Shown: piece by piece, positions 1 to 10,300 of the stretch
Layout: each line of letters starts with the position of its first letter
Numbering within the stretch: the stretch's first letter is position 1
Assembly (NCBI GenBank): GCA_020058315.1
Contig: JAGVEK010000152.1
Location: forward strand, 1-35,877
Length of the DNA: 35,877 nt
Direction of reading: 5' to 3'
Origin: Candidatus Zixiibacteriota bacterium
GTDB taxonomy: Bacteria; Zixibacteria; MSB-5A5; WJJR01
Notes under the pieces: generated by a model
What the model was told of the DNA's origin: nothing
The model's input: the letters and a program-made list of their open reading frames with translations, nothing else
Database searches by the model: none
Made by a program: the position numbers and the translations under genes

Positions 1-2
1 AA

Positions 3-1706
3 CTTGGTTCGGGCCTCGCCGACGCCCGCTCGGCTTTCATTGGGCAAGTGCAGGCCGAGGTCGAGCGAGTGATCAGGCAATCCATAGTGACCGGCAATCA
101 CTTTGCAGGCGTTCACGTCGAAGATTGGCCGGCAATGGCAAGGGACGTGGTGGCGCTGACTCAACGTGGTGTCCTTGATCCCCTGGTGCGGACACTCGAA
201 GGGCTTCTGGAGATGCGCGTCCAAAGCATCCTGGCAGAAAGCGCCGCAGCTCTGCGAGAGCGGACTTCGGCGAGCGATGGACCGGGGTTCTTCGCGCGCG
301 GCCGCCTTGCGCTGGCAACTTTGCGGCTTCTGGTTCGGCGACTGGATGCGGATGCGAAGAAACAGGATACCGGAGCCGCGTCATCCGCATCGGGAGAACC
401 ACCTGAACGGGAGATCGCATACTACCTGGATATGCTGCAACAGCATGCTGTGCCTCGGCCCGGGGTTGTTGCCCTATTCGTCCGCGCGCTAATGGTGGGA
501 TTGGGAGTGGCGGTAGTCGCAACTGCGTACTGGCCGCAGTCCGGGATAGCATCCATTTTCGGCGTTCCGCTTGGGTTATTGGCTGGGTCGGCGGCGGCAG
601 CTCTGTCGGCCCTGGGCCTATACGGTTGGCATGGTCCACTTCATCTCTGGAGTTGCCAGAGAATCCTGGCATCCATCCTGACCGCATTGGACGAACATCG
701 GCGGCGGCAAGGAGGGCGCATCCTGGAAACCCTTCGAAAACGCTGGGACGACGCGCTCCGTTCTGCGCTACACGCTGATCACCGGCGTGCGATGGATCGC
801 CTCGCAGCCGGGGGTTCGCCAGCGGACGAGGAGGCCAGCGACGTGCATATGGTTCCGCCAACGACGATTGCCGAAACTATTGCCGGCTACTATAGCGCGT
901 ACATGGCCGCTACGGAGGATCTGCGCGAGCGTCTTGCGCGACACGATCGCGATTGCTCGGCGTACCTGCAACATCTTCCACGGCTAGATGGACCGGCGCT
1001 GCAATGTCCAACTATACGCAGGATGCTCGACGGCGTTGTCCCGATTGAAGACAATCAGCCACCAGACCATTTGCGGCTAGCCGCGTGGTTGCTGCAGAAC
1101 TTTCGCCCGCTCACGTTGCCTCAATCGTCGGCTGAGCCGTTACCAGAGGATAGCTGGGTTGATTGGCTCAGGAGTTGCTGGGATTCGGTGCGGTCGTGCG
1201 CCCGTGCAAATGTCCGTACCCAGCTGCGCACGTGGAATGTCCATCGCCTCTTGTCTGAGGTCCCAGTGCGCGACCTGCTGCAGTTGAGTGCGGCGCAGCG
1301 CGAACGCAGCCTGGAGAACAGTCTTCACTCGCCGCAAGCCGAGGAGGTCGACCGTGCTCGGTTGCGCGCCCTGGCCCAGGAGGCCGTGGACAAGGCCCAA
1401 CCCCAGATTCCGGCCGTTACGATGCCGGAAGATGGGGTGTACTACGTCGGAACCGGTGAAAGCGACGATTACCTGATGATGGACCCACAGCTTCACGCGC
1501 GAGTGGATTCGGCCGTTGTGCGAACAGCAGACGGAACATTCACGGGTATCCTGCGCCTCGGGGTTGGCGGCATTTCTTGGTCAACGTTGGCGCATTCGCG
1601 GTCATATTACGGCACCCTCTGTGCGACTGCACATCGAGAACTGTCCGCCCGACTGGAGGTTCAGCCTATTCAGCTGAACGGGGTACTGGAAGGAGGCGGA
1701 GAATAA
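3..1706 (+). CDS. hypothetical membrane protein, 5' end cut by window edge
   Basis: The frame is open from base 3 (LGSGLADARSAFIGQ precedes the GTG listed at 48), so the true start is probably upstream of the window. The TAA at 1704-1706 overlaps the ATG of the next gene (TAATG). There are two hydrophobic helices (GVVALFVRALMVGLGVAVVATAYW; IFGVPLGLLAGSAAAALSALGLYGW). I recognised no catalytic motif. Confidence 0.6.
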   Translation, partial: LGSGLADARSAFIGQVQAEVERVIRQSIVTGNHFAGVHVEDWPAMARDVVALTQRGVLDPLVRTLEGLLEMRVQSILAESAAALRERTSASDGPGFFARGRLALATLRLLVRRLDADAKKQDTGAASSASGEPPEREIAYYLDMLQQHAVPRPGVVALFVRALMVGLGVAVVATAYWPQSGIASIFGVPLGLLAGSAAAALSALGLYGWHGPLHLWSCQRILASILTALDEHRRRQGGRILETLRKRWDDALRSALHADHRRAMDRLAAGGSPADEEASDVHMVPPTTIAETIAGYYSAYMAATEDLRERLARHDRDCSAYLQHLPRLDGPALQCPTIRRMLDGVVPIEDNQPPDHLRLAAWLLQNFRPLTLPQSSAEPLPEDSWVDWLRSCWDSVRSCARANVRTQLRTWNVHRLLSEVPVRDLLQLSAAQRERSLENSLHSPQAEEVDRARLRALAQEAVDKAQPQIPAVTMPEDGVYYVGTGESDDYLMMDPQLHARVDSAVVRTADGTFTGILRLGVGGISWSTLAHSRSYYGTLCATAHRELSARLEVQPIQLNGVLEGGGE

Positions 1707-3073
1707 TGGACGGCCGCATTCCAGAACCGCGTGCGATGAGCTGGATGTCCTCCGCGCCGTTCTTGCTGCTGGTCCTAGCCTTGCTTTCTATGGTCGCCGG
1801 CCTCTTGTACTTGCCATCGCCGCCGGGCGGTGCTGTCACCGTGGCTGCCTCTGGCGTGGCACTCAGCTTTTTGGGCTCTTTCTTGCTGGCCTTTGTCGCG
1901 CGCCACCGTCCAGGCGTTGGCATGGTACTGGCGGAGGCTATGATCGCTGCGTGGGGCCGAAGCTACGGGGCGTTGAGCGACACGAGCAAACAGCCGGTGG
2001 CCCCAGACGGTCCGGCATTCGGCCAGCCGTTGCGGCGACTGGACGTTTTTCTAACCGTGTCTTTGGCGGTAGCGGTTGGCTTGGCGCTTACGCGCCTTTC
2101 GCTGGCCGAATGGGCTTTCGCGGCCGGTGTGCTGGTATTAGCGAGCGCTCTGCTACTGAGCATCGGGAACGGGATCGCAACTGCAGACACCTCTCGATGG
2201 TCACTTCGCCAATCATCGGGCGACGATCAGCCTGACGAGGCGTTGGTGACGACGATGCGCCGGCAAAGTTCGCCGGCGGAAATGTTTAGCGCGCTTGGGG
2301 CACGGCAAAGCGTCTTAACACGAGAACATGCCACCGAAGAAGCTAAGGGAGTCAAGAAGGGCACGCAGCCCACTGTCGTGATCCGGCGAGTACAGACGGT
2401 GTTCTGCCGCACCAAGGTGTACGAGGAAGGAGGGCGGTTCCACGTTAGTTCCGAGGAAGTGGCTCGGGCTCCGTTCTTTCTGAGTGTCGACTTGGGGCGT
2501 CTTGAGGAACTTCGGCGACACAATCAAACCGAGCAAGCTACGCTTCGTGACCGTATTGTCACATCTCGGTCCGCCGGAATTTTCGAACTTGCTGCATTTC
2601 TCGAGGCCGGTTTTCGTAACCTGCGCCTCTCTCCACTCGACCGGATTGAGAGCACGCTCCAACTTTGCCAGCCCCCGAATATCGAGTACGAGTATGACGA
2701 TTCGCGGAAAAGCGTCTGCGATTTCGCGGGTAAAGTGATTGCTGACTACTGGAGGTACCCGCTCGAAACGTTGTACGACCGGCATGGTGACTGCGATTGT
2801 CACGCCATCTTGGCTGCCAGCCTGTTCTACACGCTCGGCTACGATTGTTGCGTGCTTGCGGTCGAGACCGACGCCGGTAGTCACCTCTCCATTGGCGTGG
2901 CCCCGCCGTCGGGGCCCTGTTTGCTTCCGGCCAGCGTATGCGTCCGGACCAACGGGCAAGAATATTACTACTGTGAGACCGCTGGCGCGTCGTGGCATGT
3001 AGGTGCGATACCGTCTGACGTAAAACTTGAGACCCTCTGCGTCCGGTGGTCATCGCGCGAGTCTCTGCCGTGA
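1706..3073 (+). CDS. polytopic membrane protein with C-terminal transglutaminase-like (papain-fold) cysteine peptidase domain
   Basis: I moved the start from the listed 1577 to ATG 1706, because AGGAGG lies at 1691-1696 (9-nt spacer) and the start overlaps the upstream stop as TAATG. The N-terminal ~190 aa contain several hydrophobic segments. The C-terminal HGDCDCHAILAASLFYTLGYDC ... GSHLSIGV ... YYYCETAG shows the Cys, His, acidic order typical of transglutaminase-core proteins (recalled pattern, not searched). Confidence 0.6.
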   Translation: MDGRIPEPRAMSWMSSAPFLLLVLALLSMVAGLLYLPSPPGGAVTVAASGVALSFLGSFLLAFVARHRPGVGMVLAEAMIAAWGRSYGALSDTSKQPVAPDGPAFGQPLRRLDVFLTVSLAVAVGLALTRLSLAEWAFAAGVLVLASALLLSIGNGIATADTSRWSLRQSSGDDQPDEALVTTMRRQSSPAEMFSALGARQSVLTREHATEEAKGVKKGTQPTVVIRRVQTVFCRTKVYEEGGRFHVSSEEVARAPFFLSVDLGRLEELRRHNQTEQATLRDRIVTSRSAGIFELAAFLEAGFRNLRLSPLDRIESTLQLCQPPNIEYEYDDSRKSVCDFAGKVIADYWRYPLETLYDRHGDCDCHAILAASLFYTLGYDCCVLAVETDAGSHLSIGVAPPSGPCLLPASVCVRTNGQEYYYCETAGASWHVGAIPSDVKLETLCVRWSSRESLP

Positions 3074-3122
3074 TTGACGACGCGTTTACCTGTGAGGACC
3101 TCACCTATCACGGAGCGTACGT

Positions 3123-4337
3123 ATGCAACCTGTCGACATCCTTGATCTAGTGCTCGTGGGCCTGATTGCGTTCTCCGCGCTTCGCGGATACTTAAAAGGC
3201 TTCATCCGTCCGGCGCTGGGCTTGTGTAGTTTGGTCGCTGCCGGGCTTATCGCGCGGGCCGCATACGAGTTGCTCGGGGCTGTTGACCCAGAGCTACTCG
3301 AGGACAGCGTGAACCGCGTTCTTGCCTTTCTCGTTCCGTTTCTCTTGATCCTTGCCATCTGCACTGCCGTCGTTCGTCGCATCCGCAAGCAGACGAAGGA
3401 ACTTGGGCTAGGCGGACTGGACCGAGCAGCTGGCGCGGCGATCGGCGTTGTCCGTGTATGCACGCTGCTGGCTCTCCTGCTGGTTCCACTTCAAACCCAT
3501 CCGATTGCTGGAGCGCCACTTCGCCAGTCGCTCGTGTTGCCGTGCATTGCGTACGGCGGATTCTTAAGCAAACTGGTTCTACCATCGATTCCGCTGACGG
3601 TTGCATCGGCTGCCACTGTTGATATCGAGGTCTTGATCGAGAGCACGATCGATGACATGGGGCAAATGACGAGAGTCATCCGCGTGCGCGGTCCGGACGA
3701 GTTCTTCCCGAGCGCGCACACCGAACTTCCGCTCCGAGCGCAAAACTGGAACGTGGAGAGCCAGCCGGCAGGCAGCGGTCGCCGTGAGCTGACCTACCGG
3801 GGGGGATTCGATCGCCGCGATGCCCCGCTCACCTGGCCGACTCGTGTCGATTGGCGCCTAGACCATACCGCATTCCGACGACGGTTGGACTTTCGCGAGA
3901 GCATTAACCTCAGTGAGATTCTATCTTCCGCTGACGGACCGTTTCAGGCTCAACACCGCCCGAACGAAGACACGCTCGATGCGGTATTCCGTGAATGGCG
4001 GCATTTATGGACGGACGTGCGCCGCCGCACAGCAAGCCGTGCCGCGAAGGAGATCGCCGTTCCAGTCACTGTTCGACTCACGGCGACGGGACCCTTGACT
4101 GGAGTCCAAGGCTTAGGCGCGACGGTTCATGAGAACTTGGCGCGTTGGGATCTTCAGATCGCTCCGGGCCAGACGTACGAACTGATCGCTTGGCAGCGTG
4201 ACTGGGGATGGGCTTCATGGGTTTCGTTGGCATCCGTGGCTGTTGCCACGGTAATTGGCGGAGTGACCTACTCACGGCGATGGTACAACCGCCAACTGCG
4301 GCGTTTACTCGAGAATTCTGATGAAAAAAGCCATTGA
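3123..4337 (+). CDS. CvpA-family membrane domain fused to an unknown ~250-aa domain with a C-terminal TM anchor
   Basis: GGAG lies 7 nt upstream of ATG 3123. The N-terminus DILDLVLVGLIAFSALRGYLKGFIRPALGLCSLVAAGLIA matches the CvpA (colicin V production) N-terminal signature, and further TM helices follow. Residues ~165-375 match nothing I recognise. A last helix is present (WASWVSLASVAVATVIGGV). Confidence 0.6.
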   Translation: MQPVDILDLVLVGLIAFSALRGYLKGFIRPALGLCSLVAAGLIARAAYELLGAVDPELLEDSVNRVLAFLVPFLLILAICTAVVRRIRKQTKELGLGGLDRAAGAAIGVVRVCTLLALLLVPLQTHPIAGAPLRQSLVLPCIAYGGFLSKLVLPSIPLTVASAATVDIEVLIESTIDDMGQMTRVIRVRGPDEFFPSAHTELPLRAQNWNVESQPAGSGRRELTYRGGFDRRDAPLTWPTRVDWRLDHTAFRRRLDFRESINLSEILSSADGPFQAQHRPNEDTLDAVFREWRHLWTDVRRRTASRAAKEIAVPVTVRLTATGPLTGVQGLGATVHENLARWDLQIAPGQTYELIAWQRDWGWASWVSLASVAVATVIGGVTYSRRWYNRQLRRLLENSDEKSH

Positions 4338-5667
4338 TTGGGACGCAATCCGGTATCGCGGCGATACGGAGGGCGTCCGCGAGCTGCATGATGTATACCG
4401 CGTCGAACATTATCTTCAAACCTATGAGCAGGGTCAGCGACAGCTTGACCAGAATATCAGGGACAAGTTCTTGGCCAATAGTATCCGGCTTTCCGAGCAG
4501 ATTTCTCCCCGGATCTTCGCCATCTACCGTGGGGTTTGTGAGAATCTAGGACTCGACATAGGGGCTGAAATATTCTGCACTCCCAGCTCCGAAGTAAACG
4601 CCGCTGCGATATTAGATACGCAAGAAGCAACGGACCATTGCCTCATTGGCGTGACCTCTGCGGCGCTGGAGAAACTTGAAGATGCTGAGATCGCCTCGAT
4701 TCTTGGCCACGAGCTCGGCCACTTTCTGTTCAAAAACCACCGCCTGAATGCCCTGATCAACGAAGCTAAGGATAATCCGGCTGTGACCGTCCTTCCGCCG
4801 CTCGGAGAGAGTCTCTTCTTGCGCTGGCGAAAGAAAGCCGAGATAAGCGCCGACCGGGTCGGGTTACTTGCCTGTGGGGATTTTGCGTCCGCCGCGCGCG
4901 GCCTTCTAAAGGCGACGTTTGGGTTGAGCGATCGCAACATCAATTTGAATATCGATGGCCTCTTGGCTCAGATCGATGAAGCGAAGGGAAGTCGCGAACT
5001 GATGAACGCCTCCTTCGAATCCCATCCGCTGTTGCCAATTCGGCTAAAGGCGCTCGAGCTGTTTTCACGATCTGAGAATGCCGCAACGAACGGATACGTC
5101 CCGGTGAGCCGTGACCGGCTCTCCGCTGACGCGCTCGAGGATGCCGTGGACAACCTGATGCGGCTAACCGCGCGTTACCCCGATACGCCAATAAGCCAGA
5201 CAGTAATGCGGACGGTCGCACTCGGCGGCGTACTTGTGCTCGCAGCGGATGGAGACATCAGCGAGTACGAGACGAAGATTATGATCGAAATTCTTCATCG
5301 CTACTTCACCGACGAACCTGAGAAAGAAATCGTGGTCGATACGCATCAACTGCGTGAACAACTCGACATTGCCCTGAAAAAGGTCAACGAACTCGGGGGC
5401 CACGATGATAAAGTATTCATTGTCTCCAGGCTCGCTGACATCGCCCTGGCCGACGGAGCCCTGATGAGCGAAGAGGGCGCTATCGTCTTGGAAATTGCAG
5501 AACGCCTCGGGCTTCCGGCGCGCACAGTCCATTCCGTGTTCGTCGGTGCCGCAGAAACCGTCGGATTCCGTGTGGACGTGAAGCTGAACCGCGTCGCCGA
5601 CGAGCTTCGGCGTTCGCTTCGTGTCGGTTGTGGATTGGCGCCAGTCGAACGCTCAACGCCACGATGA
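4321..5667 (+). CDS. M48-family zinc metallopeptidase fused to a TerB-like domain
   Basis: ATG 4321 overlaps the upstream gene by 17 nt. HELGH (in ILGHELGHFLF) is followed by EISADRVG, the third-ligand E..AD motif of M48/HtpX-type peptidases. The C-terminal half has two TerB-like segments (LAADGDISEYETKIMIEIL; ALADGALMSEEGAIVLEIAERLGL). Confidence 0.75.
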   Translation: MKKAIDWDAIRYRGDTEGVRELHDVYRVEHYLQTYEQGQRQLDQNIRDKFLANSIRLSEQISPRIFAIYRGVCENLGLDIGAEIFCTPSSEVNAAAILDTQEATDHCLIGVTSAALEKLEDAEIASILGHELGHFLFKNHRLNALINEAKDNPAVTVLPPLGESLFLRWRKKAEISADRVGLLACGDFASAARGLLKATFGLSDRNINLNIDGLLAQIDEAKGSRELMNASFESHPLLPIRLKALELFSRSENAATNGYVPVSRDRLSADALEDAVDNLMRLTARYPDTPISQTVMRTVALGGVLVLAADGDISEYETKIMIEILHRYFTDEPEKEIVVDTHQLREQLDIALKKVNELGGHDDKVFIVSRLADIALADGALMSEEGAIVLEIAERLGLPARTVHSVFVGAAETVGFRVDVKLNRVADELRRSLRVGCGLAPVERSTPR

Positions 5668-5818
5668 TCTGTTCAATGAACAATTCATCATCGCTCGACT
5701 GGCGTGAGCGTCCTCTGAACGCTTACCTCGATTCTCTGAGGGCCGAGCGCACGGTGCTTTCGCGATGAAGGAAGCATCGAGGATGCATTCAGCGAGGCAG
5801 GGGCGGGAGAATCGGGCT

Positions 5819-6160
5819 ATGATCATGTACGTACTTGTCGTTGAAGGCCCCTGCACCGGGCCGCCAGCAGTGGCTGTGTTCACCCAGGAGAAGCTCGCAG
5901 ATCAGGTTGCGAAGGATCCATGGGGCTCCCTAGGCTGGTGTACGACCCAGTCCTACCGCGTAGAGTGTGCCGAAGTCTCAGGAGCATACGCAAGTGGCCA
6001 GCCGGTCTTTGCTGCGCACCGTCACGTGGAGGGGGCTGCCAGCTCCGCATGGGAGGTCTATCGGTTTGCGGGTCTCTACGCTGCGTTTGAGGAGGCTGAG
6101 AAAGCTGCCGGTGATCTCGGCGTCGTTAGGGAGATTGATCCAGATGCGTATGCGGATTGA
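5819..6160 (+). CDS. small hypothetical protein (start uncertain; ORF open from 5765)
   Basis: ATG 5819 is preceded by GGGAGAA (5805-5811). It gives a 113-aa product with no recognised motif. Called on ORF length and position in a co-directional cluster only. Confidence 0.4.
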   Translation: MIMYVLVVEGPCTGPPAVAVFTQEKLADQVAKDPWGSLGWCTTQSYRVECAEVSGAYASGQPVFAAHRHVEGAASSAWEVYRFAGLYAAFEEAEKAAGDLGVVREIDPDAYAD

Positions 6161-6186
6161 CTCCTCTCGATTGCGCGTAAACCACC

Positions 6187-6207
6187 GCGCGGCCTAATTG
6201 GCCGTGC
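6187..6207 (+). terminator. GC-rich hairpin downstream of the small ORF (possible terminator, no U-tract)
   Basis: GCGCGGCC (6187-6194), loop TAATT, GGCCGTGC (6200-6207): an 8-bp stem with one G-U pair. No T-run follows it. Confidence 0.25.
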
Positions 6208-6329
6208 TACTGCTCCTGTCGAGCCCGCTGGCCCGCGAATGTCGGTTCGCAGCAGTCGGCCAAAGCTGCTCTGGCCATTTGCCTGGATGGCGGCAGCTGA
6301 CGGTCTTGCTTGCGCTTGGCTGACGGAGA

Positions 6330-7262
6330 ATGCAAATGGACCTAATCAACTTGTCCTCCGAGTACGATCAGAAGCTTTACGGATGGCTTCCGCGTGACTT
6401 GATTGCTGAGAAGGTCGTGTTCTTTCCCGACGCCTGTCCGGGCAAGGCGCCCTTGCCCACTGGGACGGCAACGCTACTGAGGCGCGACGACTGGATGCGG
6501 TTCGCGATCTCGGACTGCGGTTGCGGCATGCGCTTGATGCGCAGCACCATGACCACCTCGGATCTGACGCCACAGCGCTGGGAGCGAGTCGCTGACCGCC
6601 TGTGCAGCAACAAGGGCTCCCTGGGCGATCTCGGTGGCGGCAATCACTTTCTCGATGCCCTCGAACCTCATTCTAGAAAGCAAATGTACTTCCTAATTCA
6701 CACCGGCAGCCGCAGTGAGTCGGGCTTAGTGAATGCGCTTGTCGATCAGCCCGCGAAGTTTGACCGCGAGTTCTCCCGGATCGTCGGCTGGGCCCGAGAC
6801 AACCGCGCCGCGGTTCAAGAAGCTCTCGAGGCGGAGTTCGGCGACTTGGAACTGGTGCTGGATCTGCCGCACAACACATACGAAGTACTGCCTGATGGCG
6901 GTGTCATTATCCGTAAAGGAGCAGTTCGTGTCGAACCGGGCGACCTAAACGTGATACCGTCGCACCTAGCGGGCGACGTAGCACTAGTGCGGGCAACGAA
7001 CGCCGTCCGAGGCACTTTGTTATCTCTGAGTCACGGCACCGGGCGGAAGATGGCGCGGTCGGCATCCAAGGGCCTGGCTGACGCCTACGATTTCGAGTCG
7101 CTGCGCCGGTGTGTGCTGATGCCGAATCGCATCAGCGATAGCTCGCTCCGAACCGAGGGCCCCTACGCCTACCGTGAACTGGGTGACTGCCTGAGTTTGC
7201 TGGAGGGCTACGTCGAGCTAGTCGAGCAGTTCAGCATCGTCGGCTACATCGGCCATCTCTAA
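6330..7262 (+). CDS. compact RtcB-family RNA ligase homologue (310 aa)
   Basis: The RtcB motifs appear in the canonical order: FFPDACPGK (canonical PDAHxG as I recall it), ISDCGCGM (DxGCGM), GGGNHFLD (GxGNHFxE), HTGSRSESG (HxGSRGxG), HNTYE, IRKGA, LSHGTGRKM (HGAGR) and PYAYRELGDC (P.AYKd). An alternative start is ATG 6336, with GGAGA 6 nt upstream. Confidence 0.75.
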   Translation: MQMDLINLSSEYDQKLYGWLPRDLIAEKVVFFPDACPGKAPLPTGTATLLRRDDWMRFAISDCGCGMRLMRSTMTTSDLTPQRWERVADRLCSNKGSLGDLGGGNHFLDALEPHSRKQMYFLIHTGSRSESGLVNALVDQPAKFDREFSRIVGWARDNRAAVQEALEAEFGDLELVLDLPHNTYEVLPDGGVIIRKGAVRVEPGDLNVIPSHLAGDVALVRATNAVRGTLLSLSHGTGRKMARSASKGLADAYDFESLRRCVLMPNRISDSSLRTEGPYAYRELGDCLSLLEGYVELVEQFSIVGYIGHL

Positions 7263-7331
7263 CAGGCTTGTGATTGGAGCGGAAACGCATCCGACTTGTC
7301 GACAACTTCTGCAGAGGGCAGAATCCAAGGT

Positions 7332-10300
7332 ATGCAGCCCCAAGAGCGACGCACGCGACTCCGTAGCGCGACGCTGGCGCGCGGACGGATGTTCCTAAAG
7401 GCAGAGCTTGGATGGCTACCGGGCTTCCCGATCGGCAAACAGCGTGGCATCGTCAAATGGGTGTCGGTCCCCAGCGATGGCAACCAGGGTCCTAAGCAGA
7501 TCGAATTGGATCGACAGCAGCTTCACCGTGCGGGCTACAACTACACCAAGCTGGTCTGCCACTTTCCAAGAGTGCTGCCGCGGCTCGTCGAGACCGTCGA
7601 GTGGTGGAAGCAGGGCGTCAGCAATATTCTCGGTTGGCTCAATGACGCTATCCACAAAGGCAAGTCACTACCGGTTTCGCTGCTCACCGAGGAGAACCAT
7701 TACAGCCCCGGGGCGATCAAGTTGGCGGGACAGCTTGCTACAGACAATCCCAAGCTGCGCCATTTTGTGGCGACCTTGTCGTGGGTCCACTATTTATCTC
7801 CTCGCGATTTCGGAAACGCTCTGCGCTGGGCGCGAGACAACGCTGCCACGATCGCGCTGTTGGGCGATGCGATGCAAGGAACGGAGGGCATTCTGGAGCC
7901 GCTTGTCCTTTGGGAGCTTGTGCGCCGTGACGGGACTCGGCTTGTGCAGCCGCTGATCCGGTTTTTCGGAGAGCGGCGAAGCTACACTTGTCCAACTCAT
8001 GGAAGCGAGGAGTTCCGGAATCGGCTTCGCTTTTTACTCGGGGAGCTCAGGGAGCACAAGCGGCTCGAAGAACTGCCGGTCCTCCCTCGCCCCGATCTCA
8101 CCGAGCACCTCCGGCGCTTCTCGCAATGGCTGATCCAACAAGACGAGGGCACCCGTCGCAGGGCGCTGGGTCTTCTCGACTTGGTGTTGTCACTTTCATT
8201 GCTGGATCCATGGGAACGGTGGTGGACCAGCTGTGGAGATGCAATTAAGCGCATCCGAACGCTGGAGGCGGCGCGTCCATTCTTGGAAACAAGTCAACTC
8301 AAGGAACTCAAGGGACGAATACATCAAGTGAATCAAACAGTCAACAGACTCGCTGCGGTTTTTCCGCCACAGATCCACATCGATTCAGTCATCGAGTGCG
8401 TCCAAAGTACTTCGCTTCCCAGCCGGAAATCGTTTCACCAAGCGGTCGTGACAAACATGAGGCTGTTGCCAGAAAGCAATAGAAAGGTGTTTACTCGAGC
8501 CGCGTTCTTGTGGCACTGGTGCCGCTTGGAGACTGTGCACGGAAGTAAGCTGACAGAGTACCTGCGGGAGTTCCGCTCGTATCAGCAAACGTACGCGGAG
8601 CATGAACGGTTGTTAGGTCCTTGGACATACAACTTCGAAGAGTGGGAGGACCCAAATCTTAGGCGGTGGTTACCGACTGACCCTGTGATGGATCAACACC
8701 AGTGGAGGGCTGCGTTCAAAGCTCTAGCGCGTTTCGCAGAGGGATATGAGGATCCGTTGACCTTTGATGAGGCAGAATGGATCTGCGTACTTGCGCCGTT
8801 TTCCCGATCAGCCGAAGAGACGTGCGAACGCTTCCGTGCCCTGTGCGCGGCCCAACTCACTAGGCCCTGGCACTCATGGGAGAGCCTGATCTCCTTCACG
8901 AGCCGCCTGTCCACGAGTGCCGATGATTTCGCCAAGTTGTTCGGCATCTTGGACAAGAGTGAAGCAACACAATCGCTCGATACTCAAGACCTGATCAAGC
9001 TTCAGACGAAACTGGAGCGCGCCGGCTGGACCACCTTGCTCCGGACTGCAATCTTGGGTGGGAAGGCCAAAGACGTCGTATACTTGCACCACTTGACTAA
9101 GGTCTTCTCGGCGCTTTCTCACGCCATTGCTCCACCACCAGCCCCAAGCGATCCCACTGTACCCGAGTGGGCTGCGGCGTATCCCACAGATGTTCGTCGC
9201 GCTCTGGTCTGCCTGAATGCCGCGACCCCTGATGCGCAAGCGCTGGGCGCGCGCATTCTGAAGGATGTGTTTCCTGACTCGGGGCGGGTTCAAGAAGAGA
9301 TTGAGGCAATCGAAAAGCAGATCCGGCTGCGACCGGCTGATGACAGGCTAAAAGTGCGACTCGCCAACTTGACGAGGCGACAAGCAGTTGTGTCCTCGCC
9401 TAGAGAATCCCAGATCCACAAAGCAATCGAGCGAATTGATCGAGCCACCTGCTCAGCAGTGCTCTCGACTTGGCGCGCCAAACTCGAGGCTGAGCTAGCC
9501 TCCGCCGTGCGCAGCATGCTGAAGATAGACGGGGGCGTTTCGTGGCTGTTTGAAACAAAGCACTTACAGGCATGGTTTTCGGCTCTTGAGCTAACTGGTT
9601 CCACGAAGGCATTGGCGCTCGACCTCTTTCGGCGACGGTGTCAACCTCCTCCTTGGAGTTTGCACGACCATCCGGCAAATCGGGCGTTTCTCAAGAAGAT
9701 GAAGGCGCAGGGGCTGGACATGGCTCCCTGGCTTGAATCCGGCAAGGCTTGGGAATGGAAGACACGGAACGGACTTAGACTGACCGTCCGATTCGAAGAG
9801 GATCCTCTGGAGATTTTCCAAATGGGCGCCTACTTTGATACTTGTCTTTCTCCCGGAAGCTTCAATTTCTTTTCAGTCTTTGCTAACGCCGCAGACGTAA
9901 ACAAGAAAGTTCTTTTCGCCCGAGATCAGCGTAACCTCGTGGTTGGGCGGTGCCTTCTCGCGCTCAGCGATGCCGGAGGAATCCTCGTTTTTCGTCCCTA
10001 TTGCCACGACTTCGAGGCCGGGTTTGCCCAGTACGTCAACAGCCTCGCTGCCGATTTGGCCAAGCACATGGGTACGATTGTCGTTCCGCGGGGTTCTATC
10101 TCAACGCTGGTGTCAACCGACTGGTACGACGACGGGCCGCAAGACCTCTGCGACCGGTTCACCTGTTTGCACGAGAATTCAGAATTCCGCCGAGCGCTGC
10201 CAACGGTGGAGCTTACGTCCCTCCGGGCGCTCATCGATGAGGCGTTTGACCCTCTGCCGGTTAACTCGCTTTCTCTTTCTCTGATTCTGGATCTTTCGGA

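Noticed and set aside
1577-1705. Listed upstream extension of the second gene (start at 1577).
   Set aside because: It lies entirely inside the end of the preceding gene. ATG 1706 has an AGGAGG SD and a TAATG stop-start overlap, and the extension is Arg/Gly-rich with no signal features.
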